A stretch of 64,000 bases of DNA from Ascidiella aspersa (lineage: Eukaryota): NCBI GenBank assembly GCA_963924565.1, contig OZ004612.1, positions 16,802,001-16,866,000 of the forward strand. The letters are read 5' to 3'. Position 1 is the stretch's first letter. Each line of letters begins with the position of its first letter. Positions 53,246 to 64,000 of the stretch are shown piece by piece. A program made the position numbers and the translations under genes. A model generated the notes under the pieces. The model was not told where the DNA came from and did no database searches. It saw only the letters and a list, made by a program, of their open reading frames with translations.

Positions 53246-53984
53246 AACTAGGGGAAGGGTCGGTAACCTTTAGCATTCAAATGTACATTTGGCCCAATTT
53301 CATTGAAATTAAACCTACTCCAAGCCACAGGACACATAATTGATTAGGTAAAACAAACATCTAACGCTCCATATACAAATTAAACGAATTCCCTTGTAGT
53401 TACACGCAAAAGCTTTATCTCTAAACAAATCTTATAATATAGATAACAATCCGCATAGTCAAAAACGATCAGTATAGCAGTGTTTTCGAAATAAAATCTA
53501 AGCAGTCATTTTCACAAAAATAAAGTCAAGTCCCAATGAAAGTAATTATAGTTAGTCAAGTCAAGTCCCAATCCAAGTTATTTGGCATAAATTCAATATA
53601 CTGTAAAACTATTAAAAGTACCGTATTAAATTCATTTTATTTCAACATCTTGCATAGCACGCTTAAGAAACGAGTTTTTGAGATAAATAACACACTTTTT
53701 GCAAAAAATGTTTAACTAAAATACGCAAGAGTATATTTGCCAAAATGACCTACGTCCAAGTCAAGTCAGATAATCCCGATCCGTCTAAAATTAAGTCAGT
53801 TCTAAGCAAAAAGGTCTACGACAATTAGACATCCAAAGGACCAACTCGTCGTTTTGCGCTCGTCAGCACAAACTACGATTAGTTGCTCATTTACGTGATT
53901 GCTTGCTTGAATTGTGTGTTGTGAGGTCATAGTGTTGCGTTGTGCTAATAATGGCATTGAAAGGATGCGATTCACGATATAAGG

Positions 53985-54444
53985 CAGGGGTGGCCAACAC
54001 GCGGCTCGCGAGCCGCATACGGCTCTTCACCGAGATATATGCGGCTCTTACGCTCATGTTGCACTTACTTTTTTTTAATCTTTCGATTTCGTTTGGTTAA
54101 GTTATGGATTATTGCCGGTTCCGACTCAAATTGTTTGCCTTGAGGTCATTGTATTTAATACTTTTGAAACACGATAAACTCAAAAATCTGCCCAAATAAC
54201 ATTGATAAACCACATTATATCGAGAAATGTGTATTTTCTTATTCAATTCGTCGCGTATTTTTTTAAATGAACATTTTGTCTATTTAACGAAATAAAGACA
54301 CTTTTTCGTGTTTCGTGCGATTGCTTTGTGGGAGTGAGTAAAAAATGGAGTTATAGGCTATTCTCTATTTTTCCATGTGTTACGGTGGCTCTTTGCTGTT
54401 AACCAAGTAACAAATGTGGCTCTTGGTAACTGATTGGTTGGCCA
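53985..54444. mobile_element. hAT MITE with truncated right TIR
   Basis: CAGGGGTGGCCAAC.GCGGCTCGCGAGCCGC left end; ggctct..GTTGGCCA right end. A further MITE right end (tttgaaagccactg) lies at 54626. Confidence 0.7.
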
Positions 54445-54657
54445 AGGGTTGCGTTGGCCAAAACGGAAGCAAACATAGCCGAGCTGATAGCAAAGAAGCA
54501 AATGCACCCGTCCCATTGATACCATTAAAAACAACTTTATTTTGTGTTTATTTGTGTATATTTTTAAGGGGACGGTGAGCAATTTAAAAAAATGGCTCTT
54601 TTTTAAAAAAAGTTTGAAAGCCACTGCTTTATACCAATGTTGTTGTTTACTATAATA

Positions 54658-54740
54658 CCAATGTGACAGTCTGCAACAAAGTAAAAATGTGGCACGCCAT
54701 CAAGTGTTTATTTTATAAATAAAGGAAACAAGGTGAAATG
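54658..54740. repeat. 83-bp direct repeat, copy of 58546-58628
   Basis: Identical except for 2 substitutions. Confidence 0.95.
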
Positions 54741-56804
54741 CACGTAATAACAGCCCAACGCAACAATGATTTTAGAATTAACTTCGTTTTTTTAAAGCTA
54801 TTTGTAGCGTATTTACGACATCTTTTAACAGTGAAATAAGTTTATTCTTGTGCGAAATGTTTGCCAATTTAGATGTCGTACGGCACCGGGCGGGGGTAAA
54901 ACAGCGTTAAACATCTTTCTAATCTCCGCCAGCCACGTTTATATACGTGTCGCGCGACACTCACTACGTGACTGCTGTGGCCCAAAGGCAACTCGCGCTT
55001 TACAAAAACCTGAAAATTATACTGTACTTGACATTACTTCGAAACATCCAAAAGTTGGGGGCAAAACTGTTCAGTGTTCTATGAGACATTATATACTTTT
55101 TCTCCATCAGTGCGTTAAAATAATGGTTCTTAAACTAGGGGGCGGGAAGGACTCATTAAAAAAAAACTTTATATTTAATAATGAATTAGTATCAAGTTTG
55201 AGAACACGAATATATTTTATAAAAATACTTTTTACCGTGATTGACACATACTATTGTATTCCAATCACTACTTAAAATATTTTCCTTTGTGATATGGATC
55301 TTTTCCTACGTTTCGACAAACAAAACAATATTGTCAGATTGTTCGTTTCCAAGGAATGAACCTGGATGAGAGCACTACGCCATGTCCCTCAACTATCTTT
55401 TTTGCCAGATTTTATCATATTACCGCAACCTTTGCTTTTTTTCGATTTTTAAGAAAACTTTTTAGCCTACACACGCCGTACGAACTTAACATACAAGGGC
55501 ATACGCAAGAATGGCCATTTTGTTGAATATTTCAACACTATTTCGCCCGAGAACTGCAGGACTGCGGATTAGTTGTTTTATACTCCACGTTATTAGGCCA
55601 CTTTTTGATACTATTTAAAAATTTCATGCCCCCCAACAAACAGAAATCCTGGACCTGTCTCTGGTCTGTACAATTGAGCTACTTTTACTCGGATTTTTAT
55701 ATTGTAAAACGCTCAGGGCTGCTAAACCTGGATTTATTGCAATAATAGTCGAAATTTAAAGTCGAATTTAAAGAACCCACAAGACGTCGCGCAAAGCGGG
55801 AAAAAATTGTGTCTATATTTGTTGTAAAATACAAACTTTAATTAAGATTTAGAGGGGGACGTGACGCATTGACCACAGATGGAAAATGTACATTGGTAGA
55901 TATATTGGCGTTTATTAAGTTGTGGAGCGCGTTGACCCAAAAGTTAAGAATGAAATAAGTAAAAAAAATTTCGCACAAAACAACTTGTATTTTTTTTGCT
56001 TTTTAAGGTTTTAAGTTACCGATGTGTTAATTGCGGTAAAACTGCCATATTGCAAAGAGGATATAAAGCGGGAGAAACACACAACATGTTATTACCTAAA
56101 TTAGGTTGACAAAATGTGCTGAATCGGTATGTTTCAAAGATAAGAAAACGGACGGCATTTCGTGCATATTTCAAAGACGGGATACTTTCCACCGAAGCGC
56201 AAAAATATAAATCTTAGGCCAAGTTTGTTAAACTTTCGTTAGAGAGACTGTCCCATTGTAGAGGACGCTATAGATCGCGCGGAGCTCGCGCAGCGCGAAA
56301 ACAATTTTCGTATTCGTATTTAAAACAGGCTAAAAATCGAATTTGGCAGAGTCATGACTATAGACCCGTCCCTGAAAAAAGTGTTTACGATAAAACCAAA
56401 CATGTCGAAACTCCCTTGTTTTCGCTTAGCTTATGTATTTTAAGGAAAATAAGCCGCGGGCCGGATCCGGCCATAGTTTGAATGACAGGTTCACTTCTAT
56501 CGTTTTTGTCCATAAGACTTTTTATGGAGGGTTTTAAAGCATTCTGCGATTCATAACGATTAATGATGGCGTTTTAAAAAGGATATCTTAAGGGGTGATG
56601 TTTTTTTAGATTTCCTTGTACTTCTTCCGTGATGAATCAATAGTTCTGTTGCAATTTTTACGATTTAGTGGAGTGTACGAAGGTCAGTCTTCCCCATCGC
56701 ACAACGGCCATTTAATCAAAAGTAGAACAACGCCCAAACCTCCAAACAAAACGACGGTGCTAGACCGAAGGGCCTAGAGCCCTAGATCGTCGCATACTCT
56801 ACAG

Positions 56805-57923
56805 CAGTGATCGGCAAACTGTGGGCCGTAGAGCCATTTTTAGTGGGCCGCGAGTTACTTTTGAATAGTTTAGTGTTATCATGTAGTTGTGGGCCGGCTG
56901 AGAGCCGTACGTTCATTTCTGTATTTTAAGAGTTCATGTGGCTAAGAATTACATTTCCTGGCGTTGTTCAGGCCCGCTTGCCAAATGGGCCCCGAGAGTG
57001 CCTGTTTAACTATATTTTTTGCCAACAAAAATTTTTTCGCGCTTGGCGCGTATATTCTTTGTTTTGCACTACCGCTATGTTTTACATTATCGTATAGCAG
57101 CGATTTCGGCATCAAAGCGCCGTGTAATATTTCACCTTTACTTGGTGTCAACAGACTAACGCTGTGTAAACTTAGAATCTCTGCAAATTGTAATTTCTAC
57201 CAAAATATATGTAGTTAAATTTAATTTTCTATTCAACTTTGCAATATGGCTATTGTATCATGAATAACATTTATCCAAATTTTAAAACAAGATTAACGTA
57301 ACGGATTTCTTTCTACGTGTTTCGTCAAACGTTTTACGTAATTGCGGGTGCCGCCATTCAGCTGTGGAGGTGATATAGTGGTAAACTTTTTCGCGCGATA
57401 AACTTGCTTGAGTTGCACAATGCCACACCGGTTGGTTGGAGAACAAGTTTCCCGAATTACTTGAACTACGATGTTACTTTTGAAGTCAAATACAAGGATT
57501 TTTATGTACGTTTATGTTAAGTTTTATACTTAAATCTATTCAGCCAAAAAGCGACATTCTATAATTTCTTGCGTCGTGTGTCTCATAACTGTACAGTTCA
57601 ATTTCTGTTAAATTATACTATAAATGCCGTTATTTCGAGCAATATTGGAATTTTTTAAGTGCCATATGCCTCACGTATCCTCTTAATTGAAGTTTTGCCA
57701 ATGTAAATCTAATGAACCCACTTTTTTTTGCTCAATTAAACTGGATTTTAGCCTCATATTTGCCAACGAGTTCGTTCGAGAAAAACAAGTTTTTCTAACT
57801 TTGTGACGCCATACTAATGCCTTAAACTTCTGACACCGTTTTCGTAGTGGTTTTACGTTGTTGGCCTTCAATACTCCGAAAAGAGTATTTCGGGCCGCGA
57901 CGAAAAATGTTTGCCGACCACTG
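56805..57923. mobile_element. hAT non-autonomous element
   Basis: TIRs CAGTGATCGGCAAAC / GTTTGCCGACCACTG; TSD ctctacag/ctgtactg. Confidence 0.85.
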
Positions 57924-58545
57924 CTGTACTGTTTCATGCGTTATTCCGACAGGGCTAGTAGGTCTCATTCAATCTATTTTATATCTAGTCCTGCGCTTCG
58001 GGCTTTTAACTCGTTAGTCTCAATAACATTATTATAGATCACTCTGCACAGTTCTTCGCCAACTGGAGTCATTCTGCATATTTTCTATGTTCTATCATTC
58101 CGTGTAAATTTGCTGGAAAATAACCAAGTAGAAAAAGCGAACGCTATTGACAAAAGGCAGTTAGACTAGTATTCAAGCCAAATCCAAAATTACATTAGAT
58201 AAAATTAGAACTAGAAATTTACTAATTATATTACAATCAGTACTTCGGTCTAATTTATCAACTGGATTTATTTAGTTGTCTTAATTGTACAAAAGTCATA
58301 TCAAGTGACGTTGTTTCCCATGGCTCTCATTAATTACACTTCTAAGAAAAATTAAAATTTGTTCTTTTTTATCAAAAGAGACCAGAAAACGAGTCAACAG
58401 TAGCCAAAAAGCGAATTTGGAATTAAACACCTTACGAAAAAATACAAAAAAACGTGTTATGTTATTAAGTATGACAGTAATGCATTCCGGGATCAGCTCA
58501 ATGGCCAACTTAAAGGTATCACAATATAGTAAACAGCCGAAAATG

Positions 58546-58628
58546 CCAATGTGACAGTCTGCAACAAAGTAAAAATGTGGCACTCCATCAAGTGTTTATT
58601 TTATAAATAAAGGAAAGAAGGTGAAATG
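58546..58628. repeat. 83-bp direct repeat containing the probable poly(A) signal (AATAAA, minus strand) of gene 3
   Basis: tttatt at ~58595, about 170 nt downstream of the TAG at 58765. Confidence 0.85.
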
Positions 58629-58764
58629 AAAAACGAAGGTAGGAAAGAGAACTACCATAGCAATACAGCAGACGCAATTTGAAATTTCGGTGAAAAGTCG
58701 GTGTGTGTGAGCATAGCAGCGTACACTATATAAGAGAAGGTGTTGGACAAATTTGTGATATGTC

Positions 58765-58883
58765 CTAAAATTCCCAAGCTTCATAACAATCTTTGACATC
58801 GTTGTTAATGCGAAAATCCTGTTGGTGCTCAACAGCCTCCCTGAAATCCGTGATTGTGATGTTACTTAGTCGGAGATTTAGTT
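58765..58883 (-). CDS. Gene 3 apparent terminal exon
   Basis: Strong acceptor tttgtttctcttctcag|ELNLRLSNITITDFREAVEHQQDFRINNDVKDCYEAWEF*. Confidence 0.55.
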
Positions 58884-59171
58884 CTGAGAAGAGAAACAAA
58901 ATCAAATGTTTATTGACAAATTTCAGCGAATTCAATTATCTAATATTTTTGAAGTCTTATAGAATCATTACACCTTTTAAAGAAAAAACTAATAGGCGGT
59001 AAGATTCAAACAGTGGTTAAACAGCATTTACATCTCGTGACAATATAAATAAATAGATATACGTTATGTGAATAGGTGTATAGGCGATCACTCGCGGTTC
59101 CTAAATATAAAAATATGTTTTTCTCTTGTCATGGATAGCATGGTCGTAATGAGGAAGATTGTCTTTATCAT

Positions 59172-59331
59172 TTCCATTTGGCGGCCATATCAGTTTTAAA
59201 ATTTGGTACTGCGCATACGCATGTCGGACTCAGGACTCGGGTAATTTTGCAAGGTCTTACTCGAGTCCCGAGTCCGTCTTAAGCAAAAACAAACCGACTC
59301 CTCTAGTCCCGAGTGCGACTTCGCAGCCCTG
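59172..59331 (-). mobile_element. Partial GGACTCG-repeat MITE (left half, reverse orientation)
   Basis: Ends in gacttcgcagccctg; colinear with 27580-27760. Confidence 0.85.
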
Positions 59332-59498
59332 CTAACTATATCGATTGTTATGGAAATCGGCAAAGCTTTGAAACTCCATAGGACATACATTAAAAAACTT
59401 TTTTAAATGGCGCTCTACATATATCAATGTCAATTCATACCACAGAAAATCGAAGCCTGTTTCCAACAATAAGCAATTAACGAATTCTAGTCATTTAC

Positions 59499-59621
59499 CG
59501 ACGTTATGCGCAAGGGGTGTGCTTTAATACGATAGTTTATCACAAGATTTTTCAACTTCTGGTGCTTGCAGGGACTCTAGTTCGTCTGTCTTGCAGCAAG
59601 GATCAGGTAAGCTACTGTGAA
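59499..59621 (-). CDS. Gene 3 penultimate exon, with in-frame TAA at 59524-59526
   Basis: gttgtag|VHSSLPDPCCKTDELESLQAPEVEKSCDKLSY*STPLAHNV|gtaaat; 123 nt, phase 1 to 1. Confidence 0.55.
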
Positions 59622-59663
59622 CTACAACACAAAAAACACAGGCATTTTTCATACGTTTTTTAC

Positions 59664-59940
59664 CTGTATAGAAATTAATCATACATGACATTCAAATACA
59701 TGTAAAACAATAAAAAAATCCTACCAAATTGACCTGCCATTAATGGGTCAGTGCAGGGAATGATATCACAGACTTCACTATCAGTATCTTTGTCATAATT
59801 GTCTGAAATGTTTCATTTTGTTTACTATTATACAACCAGTATTAAGTTACAATTTTTCTTTTACAAAACTTAGAAAACCCTATAGCTCTAGCTGATACAT
59901 AATCAGTATCACATGTATTGTTCACCATCATACTTTACAG
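59664..59940. repeat. Local duplication of 62599-62926 (exon plus intron flanks)
   Basis: Colinear similarity across the exon and both flanks. Confidence 0.9.
59725..59802 (-). CDS. Gene 3 duplicated exon copy B
   Basis: atttcag|DNYDKDTDSEVCDIIPCTDPLMAGQF|gtagga. Confidence 0.65.
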
Positions 59941-60167
59941 GAATTCTCATAACCAAATCCATAGAGTCAGATAAATTAATTTGCTTGAACTTTAATAAAA
60001 TAATCCGCTTGAATCGGAATGGTGAAAAACTCATTCACATTATATTACCGATGATGCTCATAGCAGCGAAATATATGTATCGTAAAACACCAAAACAAGC
60101 TGTTTATAGGTTTTCAAGTTTTGTACTTAGTTTGTCCTCTAGAATTGAGTTATTTGTTTTTTCTTAC

Positions 60168-60228
60168 CAATAGTTGTGTGACAGGGTATTTGCGAGCCCA
60201 TGGAGCTTTCTCCGTTGACATCATTTTT
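60168..60228 (-). CDS. Gene 3 exon
   Basis: attacag|KNDVNGESSMGSQIPCHTTI|gtaaga; phase 0 to 1. Confidence 0.65.
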
Positions 60229-61020
60229 CTGTAATAGACAAACGTACCATTTATTATAAGTGATTTTTCTGTAATAAACAAAAAATGCATCTTAATTCCC
60301 AAAATATTTGTTTTTGGAAAAAATACAAATATTCCTAAAGCAGTTGTTGTGATAGCAAATCACTTATAATAATAACAAGCAAAATACAAGTGGGGAATTA
60401 TCAACATAAATCAAATCAAACAAGTTTGTAGCTTTTTAATGTTAAGAGGTTGATGCTGGGCGACTTGTGTGGCCCAGTGTTATCAATTTTTACTCTGCTT
60501 TCTAAAGGTACTGTGTAAAACTAAACACCTAAGAAAGAATTTTAACTACTACAAAAGCCATATAAAGCTGTATAAACTTTTCTATATAATATCTTTGTTT
60601 GCTGAAAGTCTTAATATTAAAATAATTTAATTTCCGAAGTTTAAGGTACCTTATATTGAAAAAAATCACTGATATATAAGATGACGGATGTAAGAAGCCA
60701 CTAAACACATACTATGCTTAAGACCCCTGACACCAACATTTCAAGAACAAAGGATTTTGTCCTTATTATCTTTGCCTTTTGTTATCACAGTGAAAATTTG
60801 ATTTATTCTGTATTCTGCAACTCTTTCATAATGAAAAATATTAAACGGCAATATTTTTGCACCATAGTGCATTTGTCGAGTATTTGCCTATTAGTATATT
60901 CATTGTCATTTTTGGTATATTTTGCAGGTGTTCTGTGCTAGTGTGTCACAAATGAAGTATGGTTGCATTACATGGAAAGCATTGCTATCTAGAAGTAAAT
61001 GTTGTTAGCCAACCACATAC

Positions 61021-61558
61021 CTGTTGAGAATTTAGTTCAGTTTCTTGAACTTGACAATCCTTATCTAGATCAACAATACAGGTTGTTTTCTCAGCATTTT
61101 TCTCATGGCTTTCTGTGATAATTACTGAACAAGTTACATTGTCTGACAAACACATCTCAGTTGTTTCTTGTAGAGTGGAAGTGGTATATTCTCGACTTGA
61201 GCACTGTAAATCAGAAGTTATTTTTTCAATGTGATGTTGGGTAAAATCCTCTGGGTAGTCTTCCAAATCCCCTTCAAAAGTATCATGTGTCACATCTTCA
61301 ATGACTATATCTTCATTTTTGAGAACTCTCTGATAAGTTTGAGTTGAAAGTTTCTCATCAAGTGAGTTAGTTTCAGTAAAAGCTAAACATTCAATTTCTT
61401 TACTTGTTGCAGTATCTGGTATTGCTACAACATCTGATTTGGCGAATTCCTGTTCACCTTCTTCATACACCTGGTTTACAATTTGCCAGGCAATCTTTTG
61501 AATGTCATCTTTTTGCATCCCAGTTTCACCAAATTCTTTTTTAGAAGTAACTTCATTT
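61021..61558 (-). CDS. Gene 3 large acidic exon
   Basis: 538-nt open exon inside ORF 60985..61599, rich in E/D/T/S; ctttacag / gtatgt. Confidence 0.8.
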
Positions 61559-61639
61559 CTGTAAAGAAAATTGACACCTTTACCAGTGCTGTACAACAAT
61601 AGGTTTTACTTTAGATAACCAAAAAAAAAAAACAATTAC

Positions 61640-61701
61640 CTTTTCTTTAAGCTACAACCATCAGGCTTTAGTTGAACTGTCATTTGATTGTGACATAGAA
61701 T
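61640..61701 (-). CDS. Gene 3 exon
   Basis: atttag|ILCHNQMTVQLKPDGCSLKK-R|gtaatt; phase 0 to 2, linking both neighbours. Confidence 0.65.
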
Positions 61702-61938
61702 CTAAATATATTTTAACAAGCTTTGTCACTACAGTTAGTATATTAAAAGCCAATATTGTTGGATAAAGCCAATATTGTTGTTATATCACAAAGAGTACTT
61801 AAATACAGTTCCAGAAGGCACCCATTATATTATCATTGGTATGCGATAAAGTAGGTCAGTATTACTTCAGCAATGGTAAATCACAGTATATATACATAAA
61901 TTCAACGGCTTAGTTATTAAAAAAAATGATTTTCTCAC

Positions 61939-61997
61939 CTTGGCCTCCTCAATTAAGTTGTCTACTAGTTCTTTCACCGACTGAAGGCTTTCATAAT
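61939..61997 (-). CDS. Gene 3 exon
   Basis: ctccag|DYESLQSVKELVDNLIEEAK|gtgaga; phase 1 to 0. Confidence 0.7.
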
Positions 61998-62347
61998 CTG
62001 GAGGAATCACAGTTACTAATTTATAATCAAATAAATATCAAACAATGTTAGACATAATTCCAAGCAGTAAATTTACATCAATAAGTAAAACTTCTGTTAA
62101 AAAAAATTATCAATACAACTGACTGTCTTCATTGTAATAAGCAAAATTAGGCGTTGTGTAAAGTACTTCAAAAAGCATTTTTTGCCATAGTTTATTTCTT
62201 TTTATATAACAATATCTCCTGTGCTATTTTATTCTACCTATGGAAACAAATTTTGCATAAAAATTTGAAGTTCACGTTCATGTAAATCAGTGGTTTAGAA
62301 CTGATTCCTGGCTATAACACTAAAGTATATTTTTTGTTCTATTGTAT

Positions 62348-62545
62348 ACCCCCCAAAATTGTAAAATTATTGGGGTTTACGAAAGTTTTCCATTGCAATT
62401 TTTTTTGTTACTACAGACTAGCACTGTATGGAATCCAACTACCTCTGTAACTCAAGGTCTTCCAAATTAATCCAGTTAACACAATATTTTATCTTTGCGC
62501 ATATCTTAAGCGTTTTTTCAATACGGTAATTTGATCACAAATCTA
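62348..62545. repeat. Local duplication of 62946-63135 (intronic)
   Basis: Shared ccccccaaaat..gggtttacgaaa..agactagcactgtatggaatccaactacct..acacaatattttatcttt..cgttttttcaata.ggtaattt. Confidence 0.9.
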
Positions 62546-62648
62546 TAAATTTTTGAGGGCTGGGAAATTCATAATACAGCACTTAGTTACTTTTTTAACT
62601 GTATATGAATTAATCATACATGACATTGAAATAAAAAAAAAATCCTAC

Positions 62649-62735
62649 CAAATTGACCTGCCATTAATGGGTCAGTGCAGGACATGCAGTTGACGACATC
62701 ACAGGTTTCACCATCAGTATCTTTGTCATAATAGT
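62649..62735 (-). CDS. Gene 3 (unknown acidic, putative AKAP-like protein), duplicated exon copy A
   Basis: ttttcag|xYYDKDTDGETCDVVNCMSCTDPLMAGQF|gtagga (alternative donor at 62658); phase 1 to 1. Confidence 0.6.
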
Positions 62736-63580
62736 CTGAAAAGTATGATTTTGTTTACTATTATACAACAAGTATTGAGGTACAATGTTCTTTTGAATAA
62801 AAGACCTGCTTAAATCCTGTACAAAACTTAGAAACCTTAATTAGCTCGCTTTGGTGTTTTACTATAAATATATGTAGCCGCTACATAATCAAAATCACAT
62901 GTCTTTTTCACCATTATACTTTACAGTGTATTTGTTCTACTGTCCACCCCCCAAAATAGGAAAACTATTTGGGTTTACGAAAAGCTTGCAATTTTTTATG
63001 TTACCATAGACTAGCACTGTATGGAATCCAACTACCTGTAACACAATGCCTTCCAAATTAATCTAGTACACACAATATTTTATCTTTGGCATATCTTAAA
63101 CGTTTTTTCAATATGGTAATTTTATCGTAAATTTTTTGGGGTAGGGAAAACAAAAGAAATTTTGGGGTAGGGAAAACAAAATACAGCATTTAGTTACAAA
63201 ACAGTAATTAAGTGCAAACAAGGAGAAGAAAGTGGAAATACAGCGACTCAAACTGCAAATTTCATTCATAGGAAAATGAACGTTTTTATTTAGAAGAATT
63301 CCAGATATTATGTAAACCACAATTGTCATCTTTTGCATACTAAACTGTGCATAAAAGTAGCTTTTACTTTTTGCATATATCTTATACACATGCAAAGCCC
63401 ACATAGCCCAAATATACTTCTGTGAAATTTTTCGTTTATATATAGTTAAAGTTGGCAAAAAATATAGTTCGATAGGCTCTCAAGACCATATTTGGCAAGT
63501 TTGCCTTTTCAGGCTGAGCTAATTTAAAATTTCTCTGCCACATCAACTTAAAATAAAAAAAAAGATAAAAGTGCCATCAA

Positions 63581-63689
63581 TGTACACGGCCATCATGCGG
63601 CCCACAACTACATGATAACACTAAACTATTTAAAAGCAACTCGCGGCCCACTAAAAAAGGCTCTCCGGCCCACAGTTTGCCAACCACTG
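63581..63689 (-). mobile_element. Left-end fragment of the 56805-57923 element
   Basis: Reverse complement of 56805-56915. Confidence 0.85.
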
Positions 63690-64000
63690 CTCTAGATAAC
63701 ATATGGCAATAAGCATGAAAAACAACAAAACTAATGGGTAAATATGAAAATATAAAGTCTGCTGGAAATGCCGATAGAGTCATCCCTAGGCCTAAGTTAC
63801 CTTAAATTTTTTTGTATGCTGCTGGTTTGTAGTTGTTTAGTAACAGTATTTATTGTTTTTATTTTTGGAAATACAATACAGGTTTTATTTTACTCTGAAT
63901 TTGTGACTAAAGCAACAGAACAGTTATGTTTAGTGGTATCGCTAACATTTTTCACTACAAATGACAACAGCACTACTTAAAATAAAAATGTGCAAACATT

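Noticed and set aside
60863-60937. Additional gene 3 exon HRTPAKYTKNDNEYTNRQILDKCTM
   Set aside because: In phase but with weak splice sites (cactag / gtgcaa) and not needed to keep the frame; cannot be supported without transcripts.

Overview
AT-rich eukaryotic DNA, inferred to come from an invertebrate chordate such as an ascidian. It holds three spliced minus-strand genes, reconstructed by eye from GT-AG sites and codon phases. (1) The 5' part of an ADAMTS16/18-like secreted metalloprotease: 8 exons, 19212..897, from the signal peptide to the HESGH zinc motif, continuing off the left edge. (2) A complete 9-coding-exon CYP2-clan cytochrome P450 of about 495 aa, 50966..36907. (3) The 3' part of an unknown acidic, low-complexity protein gene, 62735..58765. 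This third gene has a duplicated exon, two helices resembling PKA-anchoring (AKAP) motifs, an in-frame TAA in its penultimate exon and strong CpG depletion. The 20.5-59 kb interval is packed with non-autonomous hAT MITEs, often nested two or three deep and mostly with nnnTAnnn 8-bp TSDs. It also contains a decayed Buster/SPIN/GTF2IRD2-like transposase, a Penelope-like RT fragment split exactly in its YVDD motif, and a GTGCGCAC-satellite/(GAGTTA)n element. I found no prokaryotic-type system, CRISPR array, tRNA or rRNA. All family assignments rest on motif recognition; no database search was run.
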